Below, piece after piece: positions 9,581-17,124 of a stretch of DNA of 20,000 nt (within the stretch, counting starts at the first letter, position 1; each line of letters opens with the position of its first letter). The position numbers and the translations under genes were made by a program. Under the pieces are notes generated by a model. It was not told where the DNA came from. It saw only the letters and a list, made by a program, of their open reading frames with translations, and did not search any database. Source of the DNA: an uncultured virus (IMG/VR IMGVR_UViG_3300006217_001617) (taxonomy: Duplodnaviria; Heunggongvirae; Uroviricota; Caudoviricetes); IMG/VR virus record IMGVR_UViG_3300006217_001617. One strand, given 5' to 3'.

Positions 9581-10779
9581 TCTGAATCATCTCCATTCTC
9601 TGCTCGGTGTTTGATGAACAATGCAATCCCAACGCCAGTGCCAGCCAGCGCAAGCACCAGCAGCGGTACCAAAATGTACGCCCAATTAAAAGAGAAAGCC
9701 GGAACCGGAGCTGGCTCCGTCGGACCGGCAACCTGCCCTTGTGAATCCGGGTTTTCCGGCTCGGTGGGTTCGGTTGGAACTTCCGGATCAGTCGGAGTTA
9801 TAGGTTCAGTCGGTGCCACAGTCCCGGACGGTTCAACTGGCTCAGTCGGCGGCCCCATCAGGTCGGAGGTATCCGTCGGGTCGGGTGTGTCATTAAAGAT
9901 GGACATTCCCTCAAATATCGCCACATACCGCACCCGATTGAGCGCAATACGACTGACAGTTCCCGTGTATTCAGCAGTCACCGTGTAGCCCTTTACATAG
10001 GTACTGGTCGCTGTGCCGGTGTAGGTAGCCACTGCCGTGTAGCGGTCACCCATTGCATAGCCGTTCACGTTTGCGGTATTATCGGTCTGCCATTTGATAT
10101 CTGAAAGCGTCAGCGTTTTGCCGCCGTCATCGATACTTTTCGGAATATTTTCTGTGTCCTGGCTGACCTGATTCGGATAATTTCGCGTAACAGACACCTG
10201 TTTTGTGGATTTTCCATAACCCGCCGTCTCTACCTGTACTGTGTCCAGCTGGAGATTCAGGATTCCCGAAAGACCGTCATCGGTTACAAACTCCTTTTGC
10301 TCCGGAAGCAGCGACAATACGGACTCCATATCCTTCTTTTTGCTGTTCAAAGTTACGGATTCTGTATGTGTTCGTTCCTCGTATTCAGGCAATTCCTGCT
10401 TCAAAAGGTCAACGAACGTGTACGAAAAACCGGCGTGCTCAAAGTCCGCGCGTGGAATCCCGGCAGGATCTGCTTCCGGAGAAAGGTCGTAGATTTTTCG
10501 GATCTCTGCGCCTTCGTCCCGCACATCAATTGCGGTCGGATAGCACACCGTTTTGGGCGCTGTGCTGGCTGGGATTGAGGTTGCTGTCGTGCTCAAAATT
10601 GCAGACGCTTTATCACTTTTTGATGTTTCCGCATCTTTTGCCGCACCCTCGTCCTCACCCTCAGCCGTGGTTTCCACTTCCGTCGAATCCGCTGCCGCGT
10701 CCTCGACCGCCAACGCGGTCGGCAGCATCATGCTTACCAGCATCAGCGCTGCCAACCAAAAGGTTAAAATCTTTCTCAT
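9577..10779 (-). CDS. Hypothetical membrane-anchored surface protein (400 aa): signal peptide, PTEP-rich stalk, C-terminal TM helix
   Basis: Start reassigned to MRKILTFW (ATG 10779, purine-rich RBS); PTEP repeats at ~9720-9890; C-terminal WAYILVPLLVLALAGTGVGIALFIKHR; 4-nt overlap with the sortase gene. Confidence 0.8.
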   Translation of the reverse strand: MRKILTFWLAALMLVSMMLPTALAVEDAAADSTEVETTAEGEDEGAAKDAETSKSDKASAILSTTATSIPASTAPKTVCYPTAIDVRDEGAEIRKIYDLSPEADPAGIPRADFEHAGFSYTFVDLLKQELPEYEERTHTESVTLNSKKKDMESVLSLLPEQKEFVTDDGLSGILNLQLDTVQVETAGYGKSTKQVSVTRNYPNQVSQDTENIPKSIDDGGKTLTLSDIKWQTDNTANVNGYAMGDRYTAVATYTGTATSTYVKGYTVTAEYTGTVSRIALNRVRYVAIFEGMSIFNDTPDPTDTSDLMGPPTEPVEPSGTVAPTEPITPTDPEVPTEPTEPENPDSQGQVAGPTEPAPVPAFSFNWAYILVPLLVLALAGTGVGIALFIKHRAENGDDSE

Positions 10780-11680
10780 AGTTTCCTCGTTTCCTTTCCT
10801 GAAATAATGCGTCATCTGTCTGCATCTCAAACGAAATCTGTCCTGTCAGCACGCCATCCGCGAGCCACCAGTGAAACACATCTTCACCGCTTTGCCACTC
10901 TGTCGGAAGGCCGCGTGCCTTTCTCATCGCCAGCATCCGGTCAAAAGAATGGATATATGCCATTTGATACTGTGGATAACGGGCAAACTCCATATATCGC
11001 TTCTTCGTTGTCGTGAGCGGACATCCGATGCATCCTATACGCGTAAAACCGCACTTATATAACGGATTTGTACAGATATGCTCGGCTTCGATGTAAGCCC
11101 AGACATCTTCGTCTGTCCAGTCAATGATTGGATTGCAAATCCACCGGCTTTTCATACCGCAGTGCTCCAATACTCGGCGGTCATCGTTATCATTCAGCAG
11201 AATGCGTTTTTCTTTGTCCTTGTGCGGTTTTTCAAAAAGCGCCCGACCGTTCCGTCGCGCTGTACTTTCTGCCCAGCGGACACCGGTCGTGATAAATCGA
11301 TTTTCGCCACCATACTCTTTCAGCACAGAACAACAATAGCGAACCAGCCGGGTCGCTGGCATGAGTTTTTGCGGAATCAAGCTCCACATAGTTACATGCC
11401 TGCTTTTGTAGCTCGGCATATTGACAGTGCAGGAGATCCCTTTTTTCTCAAGTTCATGGAACGTTTTCCTGATATGATAGACCGTTTCGGGCGCGTCAGC
11501 GGTAGTATGATTGTGAATGACTTCAAATGGAATTTCTGCCCGCTGCACCAGAGCTAGACACAAATCCGAATCTTTCCCGCCGGATGTTGTCACAAGCAAG
11601 GGCGCTTTGTACAGGCGTTCGCTGTGAAATGCAGCTTCCCGCAAACGCGCTATTGCTTTCCGCTCTTTGTCCTCATTCAC
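10661..11680 (-). CDS. Phosphoadenosine phosphosulfate (PAPS) reductase family protein, mobile-element type
   Basis: PP-loop SGGKDS, 'RYCCSVLKE', 'GVRWAES..R', 'NPIIDWT..DVW.YI', 'NPLY..GF.RIGCIGCP'. The GTG start overlaps the spoVG stop (GTGA). Confidence 0.88.
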   Translation of the reverse strand: MNEDKERKAIARLREAAFHSERLYKAPLLVTTSGGKDSDLCLALVQRAEIPFEVIHNHTTADAPETVYHIRKTFHELEKKGISCTVNMPSYKSRHVTMWSLIPQKLMPATRLVRYCCSVLKEYGGENRFITTGVRWAESTARRNGRALFEKPHKDKEKRILLNDNDDRRVLEHCGMKSRWICNPIIDWTDEDVWAYIEAEHICTNPLYKCGFTRIGCIGCPLTTTKKRYMEFARYPQYQMAYIHSFDRMLAMRKARGLPTEWQSGEDVFHWWLADGVLTGQISFEMQTDDALFQERKRGNYEKDFNLLVGSADAGKHDAADRVGGRGRGSGFDGSGNHG

Positions 11681-11940
11681 TTGGCTTCAGCTGCGACGGC
11701 TTCGGCATAGGCATCCAGAACCGCCTGATCGAACTCCTGCCGGAATTCCTTCGTGCTGGGATAGCACACGTCGTGATACTCCTCGTCAACCCTACGGGAC
11801 GGCATGGACACAAAAACGGTTTTGCTGCCTTCGATCACCTTCACACCGCGAATGATGAAGCAGCCCTCCAGGCAAACAGAAGCGGTCGCCAGCAGTGCGC
11901 TGGGATTCTTCGGCAAATAGATTTTAACGTCGATATTCAT
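11677..11940 (-). CDS. spoVG: SpoVG family nucleic-acid-binding protein
   Basis: 'LATASVCLEGCFIIRGVKVIEG..TVFVSMPSR....YHDVCYP..KEFR......VLDAY' matches the SpoVG pattern. Confidence 0.88.
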   Translation of the reverse strand: MNIDVKIYLPKNPSALLATASVCLEGCFIIRGVKVIEGSKTVFVSMPSRRVDEEYHDVCYPSTKEFRQEFDQAVLDAYAEAVAAEAK

Positions 11941-11968
11941 TGCTTTCTTCCTTTCAAAAAGCTATCTT

Positions 11969-12598
11969 TTAGTTTTCTTCCGCCATACGTTCAAAGTCTC
12001 GCGGTGAAATCTCCAGCAGGAGAATGCGGCCATCCTTGTTGACCGCATCAACACGGTATTTCATTACCAGCGGGTATTGGAAATCGCTGCATTTCGGCGG
12101 AATGTAACGCTTCTTAAATTCTTCCGGAGACAGCCAGCCGACTCCGGCAACACAAATCCAACGGATAGGCGAATTGCTTCCTTCAACGTTCAGCAGCCGG
12201 AAATTTCTCTTTGCCATTTGTTTTTCTGGCTTCCGCTGAAGCGGGAACAGGGTAAATTCATGCAGCCCATAGCGGATTCGGAACGCTTCGATACATTCTT
12301 CTGCCAGCTGCTTTACCAGTTGATTCCTGTGCCAAAACGGTAAGTTTTTATAATCCATTACAAGGACATCCTCGCACGCCTTGTGCTCCGAAAACACGGG
12401 AACACAGCGCACCAGGTCAAGCGCCTGGATGCCGTTTGTCACTCCCAGAACTTTGATGCTTTCTATACCGAGTGACTGGTAATCCTGGAACGCATCCGAA
12501 CACCGTGTAAACTCCATCAGCCGCCAGCCGGGGCCGTCGCTTCGGCGCTGGCCGATCCGCAGGTCATCAATGGTGTAGTAGGTCAGCTCAGCCGCCAT
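11969..12598 (-). CDS. Hypothetical protein (209 aa)
   Basis: Likely start MAAELTYYTIDDLR (ATG 12598), preceded by GGAGGGAG and overlapping the upstream stop. Confidence 0.7.
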   Translation of the reverse strand: MAAELTYYTIDDLRIGQRRSDGPGWRLMEFTRCSDAFQDYQSLGIESIKVLGVTNGIQALDLVRCVPVFSEHKACEDVLVMDYKNLPFWHRNQLVKQLAEECIEAFRIRYGLHEFTLFPLQRKPEKQMAKRNFRLLNVEGSNSPIRWICVAGVGWLSPEEFKKRYIPPKCSDFQYPLVMKYRVDAVNKDGRILLLEISPRDFERMAEEN

Positions 12599-13097
12599 AG
12601 ACAACCGCTCCCTCCGAGATTTTTTCTGCAAGCTCGCCCATGCAAATGCCGTCTGCGGCCAGCTTTTCCTGCAACTCGCGCGGAATTTCGCGAAGCTCTG
12701 CATCGAACGGCGCACGGGTAATATTGATGGCGGCTGTCTCCGGATCGGGACAGGCTACCAGTCTCGCGTCCTGCGGAATACCTGCGGCTTCCATCAGCTC
12801 AGACGGCATTTTGATTTCCTCCCGTTCCAGCGAAAAGGGACAAAAACCTTTGTTGCAGTCGATGCATTCTCCGCAAACCTCAATCAGATGGTCGCACAGC
12901 TCCTGTTCCAATTCCTGCAATGCGGAAATCGTGTGCAGCAATTCAGGCGCGGTCATCGTTCCCGGAAGCAGTGCCATCGACTTCCCAATGATGTGGATTT
13001 CAAATTTTTTCATGTCCTGCAAGCCGCAAATCTTCAGTGCAGCAGACGGGATCAGCACGCCCTTCGGCTGTGCTTCCTTCTCCAATTTGATACTCAT
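12588..13097 (-). CDS. Putative AbrB/MazE/SpoVT-like DNA-binding protein with two repeats and a central CxxCxxC motif
   Basis: 'GVLIPSAALKICGL' and 'EIKMPSELMEAAGI' resemble swapped-hairpin motifs; CGECIDC...C lies between them; RBS AGGAGG. Confidence 0.55.
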   Translation of the reverse strand: MSIKLEKEAQPKGVLIPSAALKICGLQDMKKFEIHIIGKSMALLPGTMTAPELLHTISALQELEQELCDHLIEVCGECIDCNKGFCPFSLEREEIKMPSELMEAAGIPQDARLVACPDPETAAINITRAPFDAELREIPRELQEKLAADGICMGELAEKISEGAVVYGG

Positions 13098-13105
13098 ATT
13101 TCCTC

Positions 13106-13927
13106 CTAAAAAAGCGTTATTTGAGACGGCGCGTTTCGCATCCGTTCGTCAAAATCGTAGTTTGCGATCAGCAGCTCGGCAAACTGTGCGCCGTTGTCAT
13201 AGCGCTGCTTAATCGTGTTCAGACGACTGACTTCCATCATGCGGATGTTCGAATATTTGTACAGTGCGCGTACAAAATCATCGTCGTTATAAGACAACAA
13301 AAACTTGCCTTGAATCTGCATCAATGTGTCACGCAGCCGCACATGGTCTTTATCTGTGAAGCCTTCCTCACCGATGTTTTTGTAGTAGCCCTCGGTCGAG
13401 TGATACGGCGGGTCGAGATAGAAAAAGCTGACCGGACGGTCGTACTGTCCTATCAGCTTTTCAAAATCACGGTTTTCAATTACCACATCGCCTAGACGAA
13501 TGTGTGCCTGCTCGATCAGCGGAAAATCCTTACGAATGTTGTGCGGCTGTCCGCCGAAGCTGGTCAGCCCAGAGGCGTAACTGTAGCGGATCAGCTGGTA
13601 AAACCATGCCGCCTTCTGCACATCTGTCGCAGGGCTATCGCGGGCCAATTCCGCACGGATACTGTCAAATTCTTCGCGGGAATTGAGCGCGTACCGCAGT
13701 TCGTCAATCAGTTCATCGTGTTTATCGCGGACACAGCGGTAAAGATTCACAAGCAGGCTGTTTCGGTCGTTGTAGACCTCGAAATCGTTGCGAGGCGACT
13801 TGTGAAACAGCACCCAGCCGCCACCGCCGAACACTTCAATGTAGCGCTCATAGACCAGCGGGAAGCGCTGAACAATCACATCGCGCAGCGCTTTTTTGCC
13901 GCCAATCCAACTCATAAAACTGTTTAT
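13106..13927 (-). CDS. DNA adenine methylase (D12/Dam-like, alpha class), orphan; probable ATA start at 13927 (alternative ATG 13915)
   Basis: 'WIGGKK', motif I YIEVFGGGG, motif IV FYLDPPY, 'GKFLLSYND', 'ELLIANY'. No cognate endonuclease is nearby. Confidence 0.9.
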   Translation of the reverse strand: MNSFMSWIGGKKALRDVIVQRFPLVYERYIEVFGGGGWVLFHKSPRNDFEVYNDRNSLLVNLYRCVRDKHDELIDELRYALNSREEFDSIRAELARDSPATDVQKAAWFYQLIRYSYASGLTSFGGQPHNIRKDFPLIEQAHIRLGDVVIENRDFEKLIGQYDRPVSFFYLDPPYHSTEGYYKNIGEEGFTDKDHVRLRDTLMQIQGKFLLSYNDDDFVRALYKYSNIRMMEVSRLNTIKQRYDNGAQFAELLIANYDFDERMRNAPSQITLF

Positions 13928-14238
13928 TTGCCCTCACCGCCTTCATTTTCGCAGAAACAGTTCAAGGCGCTTTCAAGACCGCTGATCGCGGCTTCCAGCC
14001 CGTTTGCCATCGCGCGGAGCTGGCGGATTGTCGAATAAACTTCGCCAGCGGTCACGGCATAATAGTAGCCATCCGCGCTGCTGCCAACCGGAATGCCCTC
14101 GCGCCGGAGCCGGTTCACACGCCGCCGCAGTTCATTGCCGCTGATGTGCAGGGAATGTTCCAATTCTGGCGCGTTCTTAGCGTTTTTTCTGCCTTTGCAC
14201 TCTGATTTTAAGTGCATTACCAGGGGTTCATATTTCAT
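13924..14238 (-). CDS. Small winged helix-turn-helix protein (104 aa)
   Basis: RBS AAGGAGG before ATG 14238; 'KNAPELEHSLHISGNELRRRVNRLRREGIPVGSSADGYYYA'. Confidence 0.7.
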   Translation of the reverse strand: MKYEPLVMHLKSECKGRKNAKNAPELEHSLHISGNELRRRVNRLRREGIPVGSSADGYYYAVTAGEVYSTIRQLRAMANGLEAAISGLESALNCFCENEGGEGK

Positions 14239-14281
14239 GGTTTCCTCCTTTTTCAAGGGCTGTTTCCCAAAAAAGGGTACG

Positions 14282-14318
14282 AAAAAAGGGCCGCAGTCCT
14301 TTTCGGGAAAACGGCCCC
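14282..14318 (-). terminator. Intrinsic terminator (imperfect stem)
   Basis: GGGGCCG...UCCCGAAAAGGA...CGGCCC followed by UUUUUU on the minus strand. Confidence 0.65.
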
Positions 14319-14339
14319 TGTTGATGTCATAATATTAAC

Positions 14340-15308
14340 TTACAAACTCATGCTGGGTGCGGAGTTTTCGAGCTTCTCATAGCGTGACGGATCGGCGGCG
14401 GGAGTGTCCCAGCCGAACATACTGCCGCCGACCATCGCTTCCTCCTGCGCAGGCGTAATGCCGCGCTGTTGATTATGATAATCAACGATTTTGCGGTTCT
14501 TTTCCGCATTCCCCGTCTCCCATTCGGAGGGGTAATAACCGCTTTCGCCGCGCTTGATGCAGATAATTTCGCCGGTTGAAGGCAAGGTGGAAAGACAGAC
14601 TTCCGGAAGCTCTGACGGTGAAAAACGTTCCTGCTCTGTCTGAATTGTCCATGACTTATCGTCGCTCCAAAGGGAGGCGTTAATGATATTGCCATCCGCA
14701 GTTTTTAAGTCTCTCTGCTCAAACCCTTCCCCCAGGCCATCACTTGCCTGTCCGGTAATCTCGCTGATTAGTGCGTCCATTTCAGCGGCATTGAGCGGTT
14801 CGCGAATCACACACTCCGCAACGCCCCACAGCTTCCCTTCGCGTACATCCACATCGAATTGGAAGGACTGTACCTTCGCATTCAGGCTGTCTTTTTCATG
14901 ATGATATAACATCAAACCTCGCTCCGCCTCCTCCGGCGCACGCTCTTTCAGAAGCGCTTCCCGGATGAGGTCGGCATATGAAACTGCTTCCCAATCGGAA
15001 ATCGGCGTCGGATCTTCATCGAGATAGTCGCCCCATTTATTGGTTTCCAGCATTCTCACCGTCATCGGCATGTAAAAGTTCAGCGTTTGCAGATGCTGGA
15101 TGCTGAACGTATCTTCGCCCGGAACCAGGCTCAGCGAGCGCCCGTTGTCCCATTCAACCCCAATCTGACCTGCATCGTCGATGAACCGAATGGTTCCGCC
15201 GGTTCCTGGCTCGACCGGATATGGATCGTCCATATGCCCAAGCTTGATGCGCGTTCCCGGTGGGTACTGCTTCCGCAGCGCGTCCACCCGATCTTTGTTT
15301 GGAATCAA
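14340..15308 (-). CDS. DUF4314-domain multi-domain protein (322 aa, probable TTG start)
   Basis: 'LRKQYPPGTRIKL..MDDPYPVEPG..GTI.FIDDAGQI.V.WDNGRSLSLVPGED.F' matches the DUF4314 pattern. RBS GAGGGAG precedes TTG 15308. Confidence 0.75.
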   Translation of the reverse strand: MIPNKDRVDALRKQYPPGTRIKLGHMDDPYPVEPGTGGTIRFIDDAGQIGVEWDNGRSLSLVPGEDTFSIQHLQTLNFYMPMTVRMLETNKWGDYLDEDPTPISDWEAVSYADLIREALLKERAPEEAERGLMLYHHEKDSLNAKVQSFQFDVDVREGKLWGVAECVIREPLNAAEMDALISEITGQASDGLGEGFEQRDLKTADGNIINASLWSDDKSWTIQTEQERFSPSELPEVCLSTLPSTGEIICIKRGESGYYPSEWETGNAEKNRKIVDYHNQQRGITPAQEEAMVGGSMFGWDTPAADPSRYEKLENSAPSMSL

Positions 15309-15330
15309 TTTTATACACTCCCTCTTTGAC

Positions 15331-15361
15331 AAAAGCCGTTTTTCTTTTGAAAAACGGCTTT
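15331..15361 (-). terminator. Terminator-like hairpin, 13-bp perfect stem (possibly bidirectional)
   Basis: AAAGCCGTTTTTC (15332-15344)-TTTT-GAAAAACGGCTTT (15349-15361). Confidence 0.7.
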
Positions 15362-15367
15362 AAATCA

Positions 15368-15652
15368 TTATATAATGTTCAGTTTTTTCAGAAGCATAAT
15401 GCTGTCTTTCGCACCCTGCCGATACAGGCAGCGGTAGTGCTGTATCTGCACATCCAACGACAGGCTGATGTACTCGCTGATTTTCTGCTTAAGCAGTGCA
15501 GGCAGTGTCGGATCTCTTAAAATCTCGTCATTCAGCGTGGATATTCGGCGTTGTTTTGCGTCAAGCGGCGGTGTCGCCCTTTCCAGCTTTGTCAGCACGC
15601 ATTGTACCAGCTCATCCGTTGCTGTCGTAAGGATTTCCTCGTAGGTTTGCAT
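15368..15652 (-). CDS. Small helical hypothetical protein (94 aa), possibly DUF6809-like
   Basis: RBS GGAGGTGA before ATG 15652; C-terminal 'LYRQGAKDSIMLLKKL'. Confidence 0.7.
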   Translation of the reverse strand: MQTYEEILTTATDELVQCVLTKLERATPPLDAKQRRISTLNDEILRDPTLPALLKQKISEYISLSLDVQIQHYRCLYRQGAKDSIMLLKKLNII

Positions 15653-15665
15653 TTCGTTCACCTCC

Positions 15666-15720
15666 GCAACACAACATACCACAACATTTTTGTAATATCC
15701 AGCAGCAAACCTACCGAAAA
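15666..15720 (-). promoter_or_regulatory. Repeated promoter module, copy B (extended -10 sigma-A type)
   Basis: TGGATA-17 nt-TATGTT with TG at the extended -10 position; 44/55 nt identical to 18353-18407. Confidence 0.7.
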
Positions 15721-15759
15721 ACTTTCCGCAAAACCTACGAAATTGAGATACGTTCCTGG

Positions 15760-16953
15760 TTACGATATCCCACCGAAGTGCAGCCCCGATTCGTCTTGAT
15801 TTTGTTCGCTGGGGTCTTGCTGCATCAGCTCATCCAACGTCAGGACTCCATGATAGGAAATGTAGCCGTAATCGTTGAACTGACCATTTTCCGCGCTGAT
15901 TTTCTGCCTGCCATAGCCTTGGAAATCATAAAATTCTTCCAGATTCGGGTCATATTCAAACCGTCCGGACTGCTGGATCATGTATTTCCCATATTCGCCC
16001 GGCGTTTTTACATTTGGAACAAATTCGAATTGCTCCAGATTTTCAGCAAGCTGACGGATTTCACTGGCGTATCCTGGTTCTGCCATCAGCACAGCGGCAT
16101 TCAATTTGCTGCATTCCTGCGGGGACAGTTTTGCGATGGCTTCGCACATTTCGTTGACCTCAGCCAGCGACTCCTGCTGCAAATCGATCCGTCCGGAAAC
16201 AGTTTTCGGAAGTTCATCCTCTACGATCTGCATTCGGCTGCCTGCAACATCGGTCGCTCCGGCACGCTCCAGCGTCCGGGCAAGCTGCTGATCCGGCGCA
16301 GGAAAGTACAGGTAATCGCTTGCTCCTGTGCTGCAGTCCGCTGGTCGAATTTCGATTGCTATCTGACACGGTTGGTACAGATACGGCGGGAAGTGTTGCC
16401 CATCATAGAGCTGTTCCAGCTTCATTCCATTATCGTATACTACGCCGTAGGGGGTCACGCTGCCGTTTCCACCTTGCATGAGCTTCAGGGCTTCTGCCTT
16501 GCCGTCGATCTGCTGATATTCCGCCGTGGCCATACAGCCGCCGTGAATTGTTAGGACATGGTTGCGCCCAATTTGCTCCAGGTCGTTGAAATCTGTGACC
16601 ACGGTTACCTGCTGGCTACTGAAGGTCAGGTTAATAAAATCCCGTATATCTGAGAGTTCCAGTTTGCTCGCCATCGCCTGAAACTGCGACGCTTCGTAAT
16701 CATCGAAGCTTTCCAGCCGCTTGGCGAGGTAGTCCAGTTCATCTGCGTTGACCTTCTGTCCTGCAAGCGGCTCCAGCACCGTGTACCAGCTTTTTAACGT
16801 ATCGATTTTGCAGTCAGATTTCTGAACAGCGCCGATTCCGAGCTGTTCCATCTGCGCAATCGCGTGGTCGTACTGCTCGTCCGGAATTGGGAATTCAAGC
16901 GGCATAGAGCCGTGTTCGGGGTGTTCCGCATTACTGAGCACGGTTCTAATCAT
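15760..16953 (-). CDS. ArdA-like antirestriction protein with two internal repeats (397 aa)
   Basis: Acidic; 'ELDYLAKRLESFD', 'EYGKYMI..SG.FEYDPNLEEFYDFQGYGR......GQF.DYGYI' resemble the ArdA C-terminal region; RBS AAGGAGG before ATG 16953. Confidence 0.7.
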   Translation of the reverse strand: MIRTVLSNAEHPEHGSMPLEFPIPDEQYDHAIAQMEQLGIGAVQKSDCKIDTLKSWYTVLEPLAGQKVNADELDYLAKRLESFDDYEASQFQAMASKLELSDIRDFINLTFSSQQVTVVTDFNDLEQIGRNHVLTIHGGCMATAEYQQIDGKAEALKLMQGGNGSVTPYGVVYDNGMKLEQLYDGQHFPPYLYQPCQIAIEIRPADCSTGASDYLYFPAPDQQLARTLERAGATDVAGSRMQIVEDELPKTVSGRIDLQQESLAEVNEMCEAIAKLSPQECSKLNAAVLMAEPGYASEIRQLAENLEQFEFVPNVKTPGEYGKYMIQQSGRFEYDPNLEEFYDFQGYGRQKISAENGQFNDYGYISYHGVLTLDELMQQDPSEQNQDESGLHFGGIS

Positions 16954-17113
16954 TGACACATTCCTCCTTCTTTGACGTACTTTTGATTTTCTGCATTCGT
17001 GTTTTCATGCACTCGCCGTCGCTGCCGCCACACAGGAAGCCGGTTGAAGGATACGGACAGCCCCTGCAATCTGACAGAGCAGTCCGCGCCTGCACATCTT
17101 TCTTCTTTTCCAT
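16946..17113 (-). CDS. 55-aa Cys-rich microprotein, not in the ORF track
   Basis: RBS GGAGGG; MEKKKDVQARTALSDCRGCPYPSTGFLCGGSDGECMKTRMQKIKSTSKKEECVND*. It fills the gap between the two ArdA-like genes and overlaps the next start. Confidence 0.75.
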   Translation of the reverse strand: MEKKKDVQARTALSDCRGCPYPSTGFLCGGSDGECMKTRMQKIKSTSKKEECVND

Positions 17114-17124
17114 ACGCCCTCCGA

